A DNA stretch of 64,000 nucleotides from Patescibacteria group bacterium (GTDB lineage: Bacteria; Patescibacteriota; Patescibacteriia; UBA9934; GWF2-40-263). Below the pieces are notes generated by a model that did no database searches, had not been told where the DNA came from, and saw only the letters and a list, made by a program, of their open reading frames with translations. Shown piece by piece: positions 31,036-42,061 of the stretch (positions are counted from its first letter, which is position 1; each line of letters opens with the position of its first letter). The stretch spans positions 300,306-364,305 of the forward strand of contig JBAZTR010000001.1 in assembly GCA_041661745.1 (NCBI GenBank), in the 5' to 3' direction. The translations under genes and the position numbers were made by a program.

Positions 31036-32551
31036 ACGACAAAGCTACAATAAAACCACCATATAACCACAGATAAAAAGCCAACGTTCTAACCTCGAGG
31101 AAAGTGGCCAAAAAGGCATTCAGGGCCACGGCAATCATGGCCGCGGCAAAGCCAAGGGAAAGCGCCCGCAAAAATGGATCGTTTTTTGTATCGCGATACG
31201 CCATTAAAGAATAGGTGAACAAAGCCAGATACATCCAAATATAAAAAGCTAAACCAAGCGTGCCGGTTTCTCCCCATAACGAAAACCAGTTGTTATCAAT
31301 ATAGCCGTCGGTACCGTAAACCCCAAAAGGCAAACCAAGCTGTTCGTAAACATGAGTATTGTTCAGGGCGGCCACAGCCCCACCACCGTATTGCCCAGGT
31401 CCAAAACCAAACAAAGGCGCGGCCGGCACCACCGTGGTTACGGTTTGAACCATCCAGTACAACCGACCCATGCCATAATATTCTCCCCGCCATCTTTCGT
31501 AAGAAAAAGTTTCGTAGAATCTTTCGACAATAGTTTGTTGAGGTGTATCAATTAAATAGCTAACCATCAAACCAGAATAAGCTAAATACCCCACCAGGAT
31601 TGCAACAATTGATAGCGAAGCAACTAATACTTTTTTATCCTTTTTAATCCATAAAGCGATAAACAAAAAGCCGAGAAGAAAACCAAACCAAGCCGAACGA
31701 GAGTAAGTAAGAACCAAAGCAGGAAGACCAATAACAAAAGTTGTCCAGATAAATTTTTTACCAATTTCGCTTCCCTTCTTCATTTGATAAAGAATAGCCG
31801 AAGCTATAACCAAAAAGAAAGCTAAAAATGTTCCAAGACGATCGTATCGCCCAAGTGTCGCAAAAACCCGCGTCCCTGACTCCCAGGTTTGCGCCACCCC
31901 GGAAGTTAAAACCATTTCGCCGAAGGTTCTGGTTTCGGAAGGCAGAAGTAATAAATCAAGCTGTTCACCAATAATCGCTTGAACAATGCCCAGGCCAGCT
32001 TCAAACAAAACCACGGCCAACAAGGCCAGAGTTATTTTTTTGACAAAGGATCGATCCGGCCGCAAATAAATAACAACAAAAAAGATTAGAATAAAGCGAA
32101 TAATCTGTCGTAAACCCAAAATAGCAATGGACGGCTCGACAAAATTAATTATTGCCGAAGAAATCGCGACAACCAAAAATAAAACAAAAGGTAAATTTAT
32201 TGGGGTGCTTTTAATTTTTAACTTTCCGTTAATTGCCCGCCACACAACCACGGCACACAAAAGGTAAATCAAAACTTCAGAAAAATATCGAGCAAAAACA
32301 TAAATATCATCTGGAACAAATTTCAAAACAAACGGCTCAAAAGGCAAATAGACGGCAACAAAGGCTAAGGTCCAAAGTGGCCGTAAAATGGTCAAAATAA
32401 CAAAACAAACACCGATAACGATTGATAAAATCGTTAGGCCTGAATAAACGGATTGCAAAGCAATCAGTCCGGCCAACAGAAAAAAAAGTCCGGCCGCATA
32501 CCAAGCGGTATTTTCTTCGGCGTTTTTGTATATCCCCCTAAAGTCTGGCAT
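31013..32551 (-). CDS. O-antigen ligase/polymerase family protein
   Basis: RVFATLG, LTYSRSAW, GFGPG, DNNWFSLWGETG. Confidence 0.85.
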   Translation of the reverse strand: MPDFRGIYKNAEENTAWYAAGLFFLLAGLIALQSVYSGLTILSIVIGVCFVILTILRPLWTLAFVAVYLPFEPFVLKFVPDDIYVFARYFSEVLIYLLCAVVVWRAINGKLKIKSTPINLPFVLFLVVAISSAIINFVEPSIAILGLRQIIRFILIFFVVIYLRPDRSFVKKITLALLAVVLFEAGLGIVQAIIGEQLDLLLLPSETRTFGEMVLTSGVAQTWESGTRVFATLGRYDRLGTFLAFFLVIASAILYQMKKGSEIGKKFIWTTFVIGLPALVLTYSRSAWFGFLLGFLFIALWIKKDKKVLVASLSIVAILVGYLAYSGLMVSYLIDTPQQTIVERFYETFSYERWRGEYYGMGRLYWMVQTVTTVVPAAPLFGFGPGQYGGGAVAALNNTHVYEQLGLPFGVYGTDGYIDNNWFSLWGETGTLGLAFYIWMYLALFTYSLMAYRDTKNDPFLRALSLGFAAAMIAVALNAFLATFLEVRTLAFYLWLYGGFIVALSYENRARQ

Positions 32552-32668
32552 GTGGTTATTTTATCACATTTTATTTGCTAGATGAAGAGAAATAAAAAAG
32601 ACGCGCGTTCCACCAGGTGTGTCCTAGTAGTCGCGCGTCGGAAGTGGCCGACCTGCCTTCAGGCCGGT

Positions 32669-34207
<1,539 letters not shown>

Positions 34208-34341
34208 GAGAACCTCCGCATTGGGGGGGGGTGGAACCACGTCAGGTTTCCGTGGCATTGGGGTGAAGGATCTATATCAACCTGTTTTTAACTCTTTTAA
34301 GCTAAAAAGGATCAAAAACAGATTGAAATTTTCAACGCCAT

Positions 34342-34370
34342 ATTTCAACATTTTTTAAAGCTTTTGTCAA
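34342..34370 (-). promoter_or_regulatory. Sigma70 promoter
   Basis: TTGACA-17bp-TGAAAT (weak -10) followed by a long leader hairpin. Confidence 0.5.
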
Positions 34371-34467
34371 TATCTAGTGAGGATATTTTAACAAAAACAA
34401 TAGACCTCCGATCGCGTCCCACCCAGAGGGGGTAGAACACGTCGGAGGTCTGAGGCTCCCCTGCTAG

Positions 34468-35559
34468 CTAGAGGCTGCAGAGGAGGTCGTAGCCGCCCAC
34501 TCCGTTCGAGAGGGGGTAGCAATCGGAAGTGGCGGTGGCGCCGATGGTCAGCGCGACGCCGTTGAGGGCGATGCCGGTGATGTGGACGACGGGCCCGTAT
34601 TCCACGAGCCAGCCGCCCGACCTGACGCCGTTCAGCTGTACGTTCGTGGCGCTGGCCGCGAGACCGGTGGCGAAGGTCGAGGAGGTCCCGGCCGCGACCG
34701 AATCGCAGCCAGATGCTCCGCCGAACCAGTGGGACCAGTCGCCGCCGGCCGCGTAGCACAGGGACCACGCACTCGAGGAGACGGTCGAGTCGACGGTGAC
34801 GACCAGGCCGTTGTCGACCGTGTCGTCGCAGTCGTTGTCGATGAGGTCGCCGGCGACTTCAGTCGCGCCGGGGTGAATGGTGACGTCGGTGTCGTCGCAG
34901 TCGCGGCCCGAGGCGGCACCGCAATCGACGCCGTACCCGTCGCCGTCTTCGTCTACTTCGGCGCCGGCGAAGCAGACGCCGGAGTCGCAGTAGTACGTGT
35001 AGCACGCGTCTGCCGGGCAGTCCGCGTCCGTCACGCACTCGGGCTCGACATCCGTGTCGGTGTCCGTGTCGGTATCGGTGTCGCTGTCGGAATCCGTATC
35101 GGCATCGGAATCGGAATCGGTATCGGTGTCCGAGTCCGTATCCGCGTCGGTGTCGCTGTCCGTGTCGGCGTCGGTATCGGAATCGGTGTCGCTGTCGGCA
35201 TCCGTATCCGCATCCGTGTCCGAGTCGCTGTCGGCGTCCGTGTCGGTGTCGGACTCTCCGGTATCGCCGGTGTCCCCGACGCCGGTGTCACCGGTGTCCG
35301 TATCGGTGTCGGAATCGGTATCGCTGTCGGCGTCCGAATCCGAGTCGGCGTCGGTATCCGTGTCGGCTTCGCCGGTGTCGGCCGTGTCGGTCTTGCCGGT
35401 GTCGCTGGTATCACCAGTGTCGGTGTCCTCGGTACCGGTGTCGTCGACAATCTCGACGCCGGTGTCCTGCTGACCACCACTCACCACCGACGGGGCATAG
35501 CAGCCCCAGAGGGTGAAGGAAGCGGCGAAGGCGAGGACGAGGGTCAGGGCGCGGTTCAT
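34468..35559 (-). CDS. GC-rich lipoprotein with long DT/DS tract and one MopE-related repeat
   Basis: [20 protein letters not shown] lipobox, GGAG SD, about 130 aa DTDSDAD tract, [15 protein letters not shown]. Confidence 0.82.
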   Translation of the reverse strand: MNRALTLVLAFAASFTLWGCYAPSVVSGGQQDTGVEIVDDTGTEDTDTGDTSDTGKTDTADTGEADTDTDADSDSDADSDTDSDTDTDTGDTGVGDTGDTGESDTDTDADSDSDTDADTDADSDTDSDTDADTDSDTDADTDSDTDTDSDSDADTDSDSDTDTDTDTDTDVEPECVTDADCPADACYTYYCDSGVCFAGAEVDEDGDGYGVDCGAASGRDCDDTDVTIHPGATEVAGDLIDNDCDDTVDNGLVVTVDSTVSSSAWSLCYAAGGDWSHWFGGASGCDSVAAGTSSTFATGLAASATNVQLNGVRSGGWLVEYGPVVHITGIALNGVALTIGATATSDCYPLSNGVGGYDLLCSL

Positions 35560-35684
35560 GGGAGTCTCCGGGTTGACTGGGTGCTGCCTCAGTTTTTTCC
35601 CTAAAACCAATACGGCTTGTTGGGATTGGGCAGCGTCTGAAAGGGCTTTGTTCAGGGTCTTTTAAGACCTTAAACAAGCATTAA

Positions 35685-35713
35685 ATAATACCACAAAAAA
35701 GGCCTTTTGTCAA
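35685..35713 (-). promoter_or_regulatory. Sigma70 promoter with extended -10
   Basis: TTGACA-17bp-(TGG)TATTAT. Confidence 0.7.
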
Positions 35714-35895
35714 CCGTGATAGGGGGCCTTTTGGTGGGGGCTTTTTGATAAATTTAGGCGGCGTTCGGGCATTAAAGGGCTTTAAAGGGCGTTAAGGCAA
35801 GGAAATATTTAAAAAAAATACGACCCCCGGACCACTCGCTTCGCCTTGGGAGGCAAAGAAGTGGTACAGGGGCCGAAGCCCGCAGGATGAAGTCC

Positions 35896-36666
35896 TTACG
35901 GGAGGATGTCGAGGACCTGGGCCTCGCACCCGTCGACGACGCCGGTGGTCTTGTGGTAGATGCTGATGACGGGGTCGCTCGACGACCCGTCCTCGCACTC
36001 GACCACGACCTGGTGCGTGCCGACCAACTGGTCGTCCGCCTCGTCCTCCGTGGTGCTCTCGCACCCGTAGCGGACGAAGTAGGGCTCGGACTCGAACTGG
36101 TACGTCACGTTGTACCGGAGGTCCGAGGAGGCCGACAGGTAGGCCTGGAACTCGACGGAGATGCCGACCTCGTACTCCACCGACCAGATCTCGTCCCAGC
36201 CGGTGTAGTTGTCGTCGACCTCCATCGAGAGGGTGAGGATGTCGGCCGCCTCGCTGCCGGGGACGGTCCAGTCGACGTTGATCGTGCAGAGCACCTCTTC
36301 GTCGCAGCCCTCGTCGGTGTCGCCGTCGCAGTCGTCGTCGATGTCGTTGCAGACCTCCTCGGCGTCGGGGTTGACCTCGGCCTTGGTGTCGTCGCAGTCG
36401 GTGTCGTCCGCGACGTAGCCGTCGGGGACGGTGGTGGCCTCGACCTTGAGGTTGGGGTCGCCGAAGCCGTCGCCGTCGAGGTCGCGGTACCAGGTGGTGT
36501 CCGCGCCGGTGTCGGTGTCGGCGTCGGTGTCCGAGTCGGAGTCGGTGTCGGCGTCCGTGTCGGTGTCGCAGTCGGTGTCCTCGGTGTCGGGGCCGTCCAC
36601 CTTGGAGGTGGGGTAGGCGCAGGCGTTGACGAGGGCGAGGAACGCGAGGGAGAACAGGTAGCGCAT
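35896..36666 (-). CDS. GC-rich lipoprotein with DT tract and MopE-related repeat
   Basis: MRYLFSLAFLALVNAC lipobox, GGAG SD, WYRDLDGDGFGD, DCDD..NPDAEEVCNDIDDDCDG. Confidence 0.82.
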   Translation of the reverse strand: MRYLFSLAFLALVNACAYPTSKVDGPDTEDTDCDTDTDADTDSDSDTDADTDTGADTTWYRDLDGDGFGDPNLKVEATTVPDGYVADDTDCDDTKAEVNPDAEEVCNDIDDDCDGDTDEGCDEEVLCTINVDWTVPGSEAADILTLSMEVDDNYTGWDEIWSVEYEVGISVEFQAYLSASSDLRYNVTYQFESEPYFVRYGCESTTEDEADDQLVGTHQVVVECEDGSSSDPVISIYHKTTGVVDGCEAQVLDILP

Positions 36667-36918
36667 GGGAATCTCCACGAAAGCGGCCCGAATCGGGCCA
36701 TGGGGGGGGTGTCAGGGAACGATGAGACTGGGGCTTTCCCCTGGTCTCGATGAACGGTTCACCGAGACGCTGTAGGGTTGAACCACAGTGCTCGGGGCGT
36801 ACATTCAACTAAGTTGAAGATACATCCTGAAAACTATGATTGATAGATTAAGTTGAATAATCTGGGGACGGCAGGCGTATCGCTACGCGTGCCGCCCCAG
36901 ACAGAGTTGTTGTCCCTC

Positions 36919-38298
36919 CTAGTAGGCGAAGACCAGCCCGCCCTGGACGAAGGTCATCCCCGCCCCGTCGATGTCCTGCCCGGTGGCGGACAGGACGGAC
37001 CGGACGCCCGTCCCGACCTTGAACCCGCCGGTGAGGGCGAGGCCGTTGGTCAGGAGGTAGGAGGCGTAGGCACCTCCGTGGATGCCGTAGCCCTCGACCT
37101 CGCCCTCGCGGCCGACCACGCCGGTGGAGGCGTAATAGCCGCCGACGGTCGCCCCGATGCCCAGGCGATCCCAGTCGTATCCGACCGTGGGGCCAGCCAG
37201 GAAGCGGACGCCGCGCTCGGACGGGACCCAGCCGCCGACCACCTCGACTCCGGCGTTGAGGCCGTTGTCGAAGGGGTGGCCGTGGAGGCTGGTGGAGACG
37301 GCCGGGGCGATGAAGCTGCCCGATCGGAGCTCCTGCCCGTCGGCGTCGACCACGGGGGTCTGCACGCCGGCGATGAGGGCCGCACCGACCGTGCCACCGA
37401 GATGGCTGGAGGTGTGGGTGTCGAGCTTGTCGGAGACGGCCTTGGCCTCGGCCTTGGCGCCGTCGGCCGCGGACTTGGCCTCGCCGATCTCCGCGTCCTG
37501 CTCACGCTCGATCCGGACGAGCTCGGCGCGGAACTGATCCTCTTCCGACTTGTGGGCCGCGACGGCTGCGTCCCGCTCGGTGCGGTACTGCAGCCAGGCC
37601 GCGCCGTCGGCGTCGCCGTTGGCTTCGATGGCACGCTGCAACTCGGCGTCACGGGCGGTGAAGCCGGTGTGCGCCTCGGTGTCCGCTTCCGTGTGGGTCT
37701 GGAGCGCGGCGGCGTTGTCGGCCGCGGCCTTGCGGGCGCGGGCGTCGTAGCCGCCGGACCCCGCGCCGCCGTGGATGGCGTCACAGGTTCCTTCCCACTT
37801 GTGGGTCTGGTCGTTGCGGTAGATCCGCCAGACGAACCCGACCCCGAACTGGGAATCGGCGGCGCTTTCCTTCTCCGTGCAGTTGCAGACGCCGCGGTAG
37901 ACGATCCAGGTGTGGCCGAGACCTTCGCAGGCCTCGATCTGGTCGCGCGCCTTGACGAACACGGGGGACGCCGGGTCGGCCTGGGCGGGCATGAGCCCGA
38001 TGGTCCAGGCGGCCTTGTCGGCCGAGGTCGGGGTGGGGACGGTGGGCGCGACAGGGGAGACGAACTTGTTGGTGTCGTCCGGCTCCATGCCAGCGCACTC
38101 GGCGAACGACTTCATCCCGCTGGGGCGGGCGACGGCGTTCACGGCACTCGACTCGAGGCAGTAGCCGTCGGCGTCCTTGTCCTGGTACCACCATCCCTGG
38201 TGGGGGTTGGCGGGCGGGGGGACGGGCGTGCCGGTGGCGGCGGTGGCGACGAACGGGAACACGATGGCCGCGATTGCGGCGAAGACGATGGACCGCAT
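36919..38298 (-). CDS. GC-rich secreted protein with Ala-rich stalk and probable C-terminal outer-membrane beta-barrel
   Basis: Signal peptide, AGGAGGA SD, coiled-coil-like middle, alternating Gly/aromatic strands ending VQGGLVFAY. Confidence 0.7.
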   Translation of the reverse strand: MRSIVFAAIAAIVFPFVATAATGTPVPPPANPHQGWWYQDKDADGYCLESSAVNAVARPSGMKSFAECAGMEPDDTNKFVSPVAPTVPTPTSADKAAWTIGLMPAQADPASPVFVKARDQIEACEGLGHTWIVYRGVCNCTEKESAADSQFGVGFVWRIYRNDQTHKWEGTCDAIHGGAGSGGYDARARKAAADNAAALQTHTEADTEAHTGFTARDAELQRAIEANGDADGAAWLQYRTERDAAVAAHKSEEDQFRAELVRIEREQDAEIGEAKSAADGAKAEAKAVSDKLDTHTSSHLGGTVGAALIAGVQTPVVDADGQELRSGSFIAPAVSTSLHGHPFDNGLNAGVEVVGGWVPSERGVRFLAGPTVGYDWDRLGIGATVGGYYASTGVVGREGEVEGYGIHGGAYASYLLTNGLALTGGFKVGTGVRSVLSATGQDIDGAGMTFVQGGLVFAY

Positions 38299-38671
38299 GG
38301 TGTGGTCCTCCTGTGGTGCTGCGGGTTGTTGTTGCCCCGGAGGGGGCTAGAAGCCACTCCGGGGCGGAATGGCAGATTTGATAGAACAACTACAGGCGCA
38401 ATAGGATCGCGCACTGGAAAGGCTTGGCATCGGCTTTCACTACGAGGAGGAGACGCAGTGAAAGGATGTCTAGCCGTTCCGGGGCACGAGTTGTTTTTTT
38501 AAGTGACGTTTGGGCTCTATAGGCTTTTTTGTCTAAGCGGCGTTCCACCGTCGCTCGAGGCGAGCTATGGCGGACACGGTCGGGCGTTACAGGGCTTTAA
38601 GGCCTTATAGGGCTTTAAAGGGCCTTAAGGGGGGTTTTAGGCTAATTTTTCCGCCATGTTCTGAACGACGT

Positions 38672-38700
38672 AATGTATCAGGTTTTGGCATTTTTGTCAA
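38672..38700 (-). promoter_or_regulatory. Sigma70 promoter giving a ~370 nt leader to the 38298 gene
   Basis: TTGACA-17bp-TACATT. Confidence 0.6.
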
Positions 38701-38821
38701 GAGTAAATGGGCTTATACCCCCTCCTTTCCACAACGAATGGGGTAACCCTCGCTATTAGGCCCCCTCCCCCAAATCAAATGAGGACACCCTCCCCCTTTG
38801 GTGGAGGGATTTATTTGGCTA

Positions 38822-38930
38822 AAATAACAAAAAATCCGACAGGTCGGCTTGGCACTCGCGGGTCAGGACGAGGAGGAGACGTTCTGACCGCTGTTACCAA
38901 GCCGACTTGGCGGACTTTTATTTTCTTGTG
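38822..38930 (-). ncRNA. Candidate small RNA: long hairpin with UCUCCUCCU apical loop
   Basis: Own promoter TTGACG(38965-60)-17bp-TAACTT(38942-37), long imperfect stem, T-run after it; paralogous hairpin at 38385-38497. Confidence 0.55.
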
Positions 38931-39188
38931 AAGCCTAAGTTATCAGTTTGTTTGGTGGTCGTCAAGCGCCTTTTTTGGGTCTATTGGAGGGACTGTGGAG
39001 ACTGAGATACTGAGGGGGGTATTTAATAATAAGCGGCATTCGGGCGCTATGGGGCGTTAAGGTTTTAAGGCGTTACGGGGCGTTAAGGCGAGGAAGTTAT
39101 TTCTTTAATTCCTTAAGTTCATCAAATCTTTTTTCCGACATAAGCCTTAATGCCCGATTGCCGCTTAGACATAGAGCCCGTACACCAC

Positions 39189-39752
39189 CTAGTCAACCAC
39201 TCCCTCAGTCTCCCCAAAAACACCTTCCGCTACTTGTTCAGACGGAGCCGCAATATCATCCCGAGCTTCGCGAGTAATAATCACCCGATCGTAGGAAACA
39301 ATATCAGAATGCTCGCCAGCCCATTCCAAAACAAAATCACCATCGTCATCAGTAACCATTTCACCGGTGGAGAAAAAATCATAAGGCGCTTGGCGCACCA
39401 GCCAGCCTTCGTAAAATTCGGTTTCGCGATTTATTTCCGGTAAGGAAACTTTTATTGTGTGATACAAAATTCCTTTTTCAATACCACGTTCGGCGGCGCC
39501 AACTTCTAAATTACTAGACAAACTTTTTACCACGGTTGTTTGTTTTGCCAGAACAACAATCGGCGCGGCCACGACTTCCCCGCTCTCGGCAACAATTTCA
39601 GAAGTATTATTTTTTGCCGCGTTATTTTTTTGACTGGTCCGCAAATAAAAAAGTCCGACGCCGGAAATTATCAAAGTTAAAATTCCCATTCCAATTATTT
39701 GCAGTGGCAAACGAAAACGCGACTTGTTTTTTTGGTGGCTGTGATAATACAT
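39189..39752 (-). CDS. Single-TM hypothetical protein (C-terminus reminiscent of the anti-sigma RskA domain)
   Basis: N-terminal TM, FYEGWLV motif. Confidence 0.6.
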   Translation of the reverse strand: MYYHSHQKNKSRFRLPLQIIGMGILTLIISGVGLFYLRTSQKNNAAKNNTSEIVAESGEVVAAPIVVLAKQTTVVKSLSSNLEVGAAERGIEKGILYHTIKVSLPEINRETEFYEGWLVRQAPYDFFSTGEMVTDDDGDFVLEWAGEHSDIVSYDRVIITREARDDIAAPSEQVAEGVFGETEGVVD

Positions 39753-39753
39753 A

Positions 39754-39803
39754 CCCTCTCCCCATCCCTCCCCCGTATGAGGCCATACGAGGGAGGGAGA
39801 ATA
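39754..39803 (+). repeat. REP-like palindromic element
   Basis: ccctctccccatccctcccccgtatgaggccatacgagggagggagaa; copies at 43975-44024 and 55436-55483. Confidence 0.85.
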
Positions 39804-39810
39804 AAGTAAT

Positions 39811-41874
39811 TTAAAGTTCGTCGATATCCCTTAAAAATCCCGAACGTTTTTTAGTTTCAGGTTTTGTTTCACCGTATTTGTCCAAAACAATTGTCGGGCC
39901 ATCGTCAAATTCCCCCCAATCCCTTCCCAACCCTTCAGGACCCTTCCCAACCCTTCTTTTCTCTTCCATTATACCCCGCGGTAACTCTGATAAAAACATG
40001 GAAGGTTGACCAAACGAAAAATCACTGCTGCCACCACGATTATCAGACAAGGCATAGGTTAAATACAGGCGATCACGAGCTCGAGTGGTGGCCACATAAA
40101 ACAAACGGCGTTCTTCCTCAATTGTTCCTTCGGCCAAAGCGCGCGGATTTGGAAATCCGCCATCTCTGAGGCCGATAACAAAAACTGCGTCCCATTCCAA
40201 ACCTTTGGCTTGATGGATAGTGGAAAGAATAATTCGTTCGGCCGGGTCAGTGCGCGCGGCCCCGTAATTTTCGGCCAAAGTAACGTCATCAAGAAAAGTG
40301 GTTAAATCAGTGGCCGACTCGGCAAAGGTGGCAAATTGTTCAAGGTCATCAAGGCGATCGCGGAAATCGGGTTGCTCGGCTTCCAAATAATCACGATACC
40401 CTTGGGCGACCACGGCGCGAATCATGTCAGAAGGATGGGTGGCGGCCAGCATGTGTTTTAAAACTCCGCGACACAATTCCCAACCGCTAGCCGCGCGCGT
40501 GGGCGACAAACCTTCGGGTGATATTGCCTCGGCCAAAGTTTCAAACTGTCTAACTTGATCCAAAATCTTTCCGGCCGTACTCGCCCCAATGCCCGGATAA
40601 AGACCAAGTACGCGAAGCCAAGCGGCTTCATCTTTCAAATTAGCCAACACCCGCAAGTGTGAGGTGACATCTTTAATATGAGCACGCTCAAAAAAACGCA
40701 TACCACCGCGAAATTCGTATGGGGTGTTACGTTTCATTAATTCGTATTCAAGCGGCTGGGCGTGGAAAGCGGCCCGGAATAAAACAGCGATTTCTTTAGT
40801 CGGCACACCAGAGGCTTTAAGTCGAACAATTTCATCGGCCACGTGACGCGCTTCGTCGGTAATTGTCGCCGTGGTGACGACTTTTGGTCTGTTGCCTTCT
40901 TTCTTCATTGCTATTAACGGTTTATCAAATTGCTGACGATTATTTTTAATAATCGCGTTAGCCAGTCCTAAAATTTGCGGTGAAGAACGATAGTTGGCGG
41001 TTAAACGAAAAACTTTTGTGCCAGGATAGGTTTGTGGAAAATCCAAAATATTTTTAATCTCGGCCGCCCGAAAAGAATAAATACTTTGCGCGTCATCACC
41101 AACGACTAAAAGATTTCGATGAACACTGGATAGCAACTGAACAATTCTCGCCTGAATACGATTGGTATCCTGAAATTCATCAACCAAAACATAACGAAAC
41201 TGCGTGGCTAAACGTTCACGAACATCGGGACGCTTTTCTAAAAGTTCCAAAAATAATAAAAGCAAATCATCAAAGTCAACAGCATCGGCCGTGTGTTTGC
41301 GATCTTCGTACAGTTCGATTACATGTTCCAAGGTTGGAGCCATCATAGCCAAGGCCGGACTGCGATCTTCAAGCACCTGACGCAAGCCAACCCCGGCATT
41401 CCTGGAATAACTGTACATTGATTGAAAAGAATTTGGCGAAGGAAAACGCTTGTCGCGCGAGCCATCGGCCCCGGCATCTTTTAAGCACAATTTGATTAAG
41501 GCTTTAGAGTCGTCTTCGTCAAGAATTGTAAAACCATTGGTATGCCCGACCAGCGGCGCATAGGTACGAAGAATACGACTGGCTGTGGAGTGAAAGGTGC
41601 CACCCTTCACCCCTGTTTCCCCTCTCCCTAAGGGAGAGGGGTTGGTTAGGGCAGTAACCCGATTCAACATCTCTTTGGCGGCTTTGTTGGTAAAGGTTAA
41701 AAGCAAAATTTCGTTGGGGGAAATTCCCTGTTCTAAAAGATAAGCCACACGGTAGGTAACCGTGCGGGTTTTGCCAGAGCCGGCCCCAGCTAAAACAAGA
41801 CAAGGGCCGTCGCCATGGAGGACAACTTCAAGCTGTTCGGGGTTGAGTTCTTTCTGGTAATCAATATTATTCAC
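39811..41874 (-). CDS. UvrD/PcrA family ATP-dependent DNA helicase
   Basis: LAGAGSGKT, LVDEFQDTN, VGDDAQSIYSFR, NYRS, TIHQAKGLEW, EEERRLFYVATTRA. Confidence 0.95.
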   Translation of the reverse strand: MNNIDYQKELNPEQLEVVLHGDGPCLVLAGAGSGKTRTVTYRVAYLLEQGISPNEILLLTFTNKAAKEMLNRVTALTNPSPLGRGETGVKGGTFHSTASRILRTYAPLVGHTNGFTILDEDDSKALIKLCLKDAGADGSRDKRFPSPNSFQSMYSYSRNAGVGLRQVLEDRSPALAMMAPTLEHVIELYEDRKHTADAVDFDDLLLLFLELLEKRPDVRERLATQFRYVLVDEFQDTNRIQARIVQLLSSVHRNLLVVGDDAQSIYSFRAAEIKNILDFPQTYPGTKVFRLTANYRSSPQILGLANAIIKNNRQQFDKPLIAMKKEGNRPKVVTTATITDEARHVADEIVRLKASGVPTKEIAVLFRAAFHAQPLEYELMKRNTPYEFRGGMRFFERAHIKDVTSHLRVLANLKDEAAWLRVLGLYPGIGASTAGKILDQVRQFETLAEAISPEGLSPTRAASGWELCRGVLKHMLAATHPSDMIRAVVAQGYRDYLEAEQPDFRDRLDDLEQFATFAESATDLTTFLDDVTLAENYGAARTDPAERIILSTIHQAKGLEWDAVFVIGLRDGGFPNPRALAEGTIEEERRLFYVATTRARDRLYLTYALSDNRGGSSDFSFGQPSMFLSELPRGIMEEKRRVGKGPEGLGRDWGEFDDGPTIVLDKYGETKPETKKRSGFLRDIDEL

Positions 41875-42061
41875 AGCTGGGATATTTTATCATGAGATCA
41901 AAATCGTGTATAATGAAGACCGGAGGAAAAATGGAGCTCCGAAAGGAGTATCCCCCTTCGCCCCGCATTCGCGGGGCTACGGCGGGATTATCCGCCTTAT
42001 AGCGACATCCGTCCGAAGTCGAGCCGTGCTCGACGAAGGCGGATAAATATTAAAATTTTGT

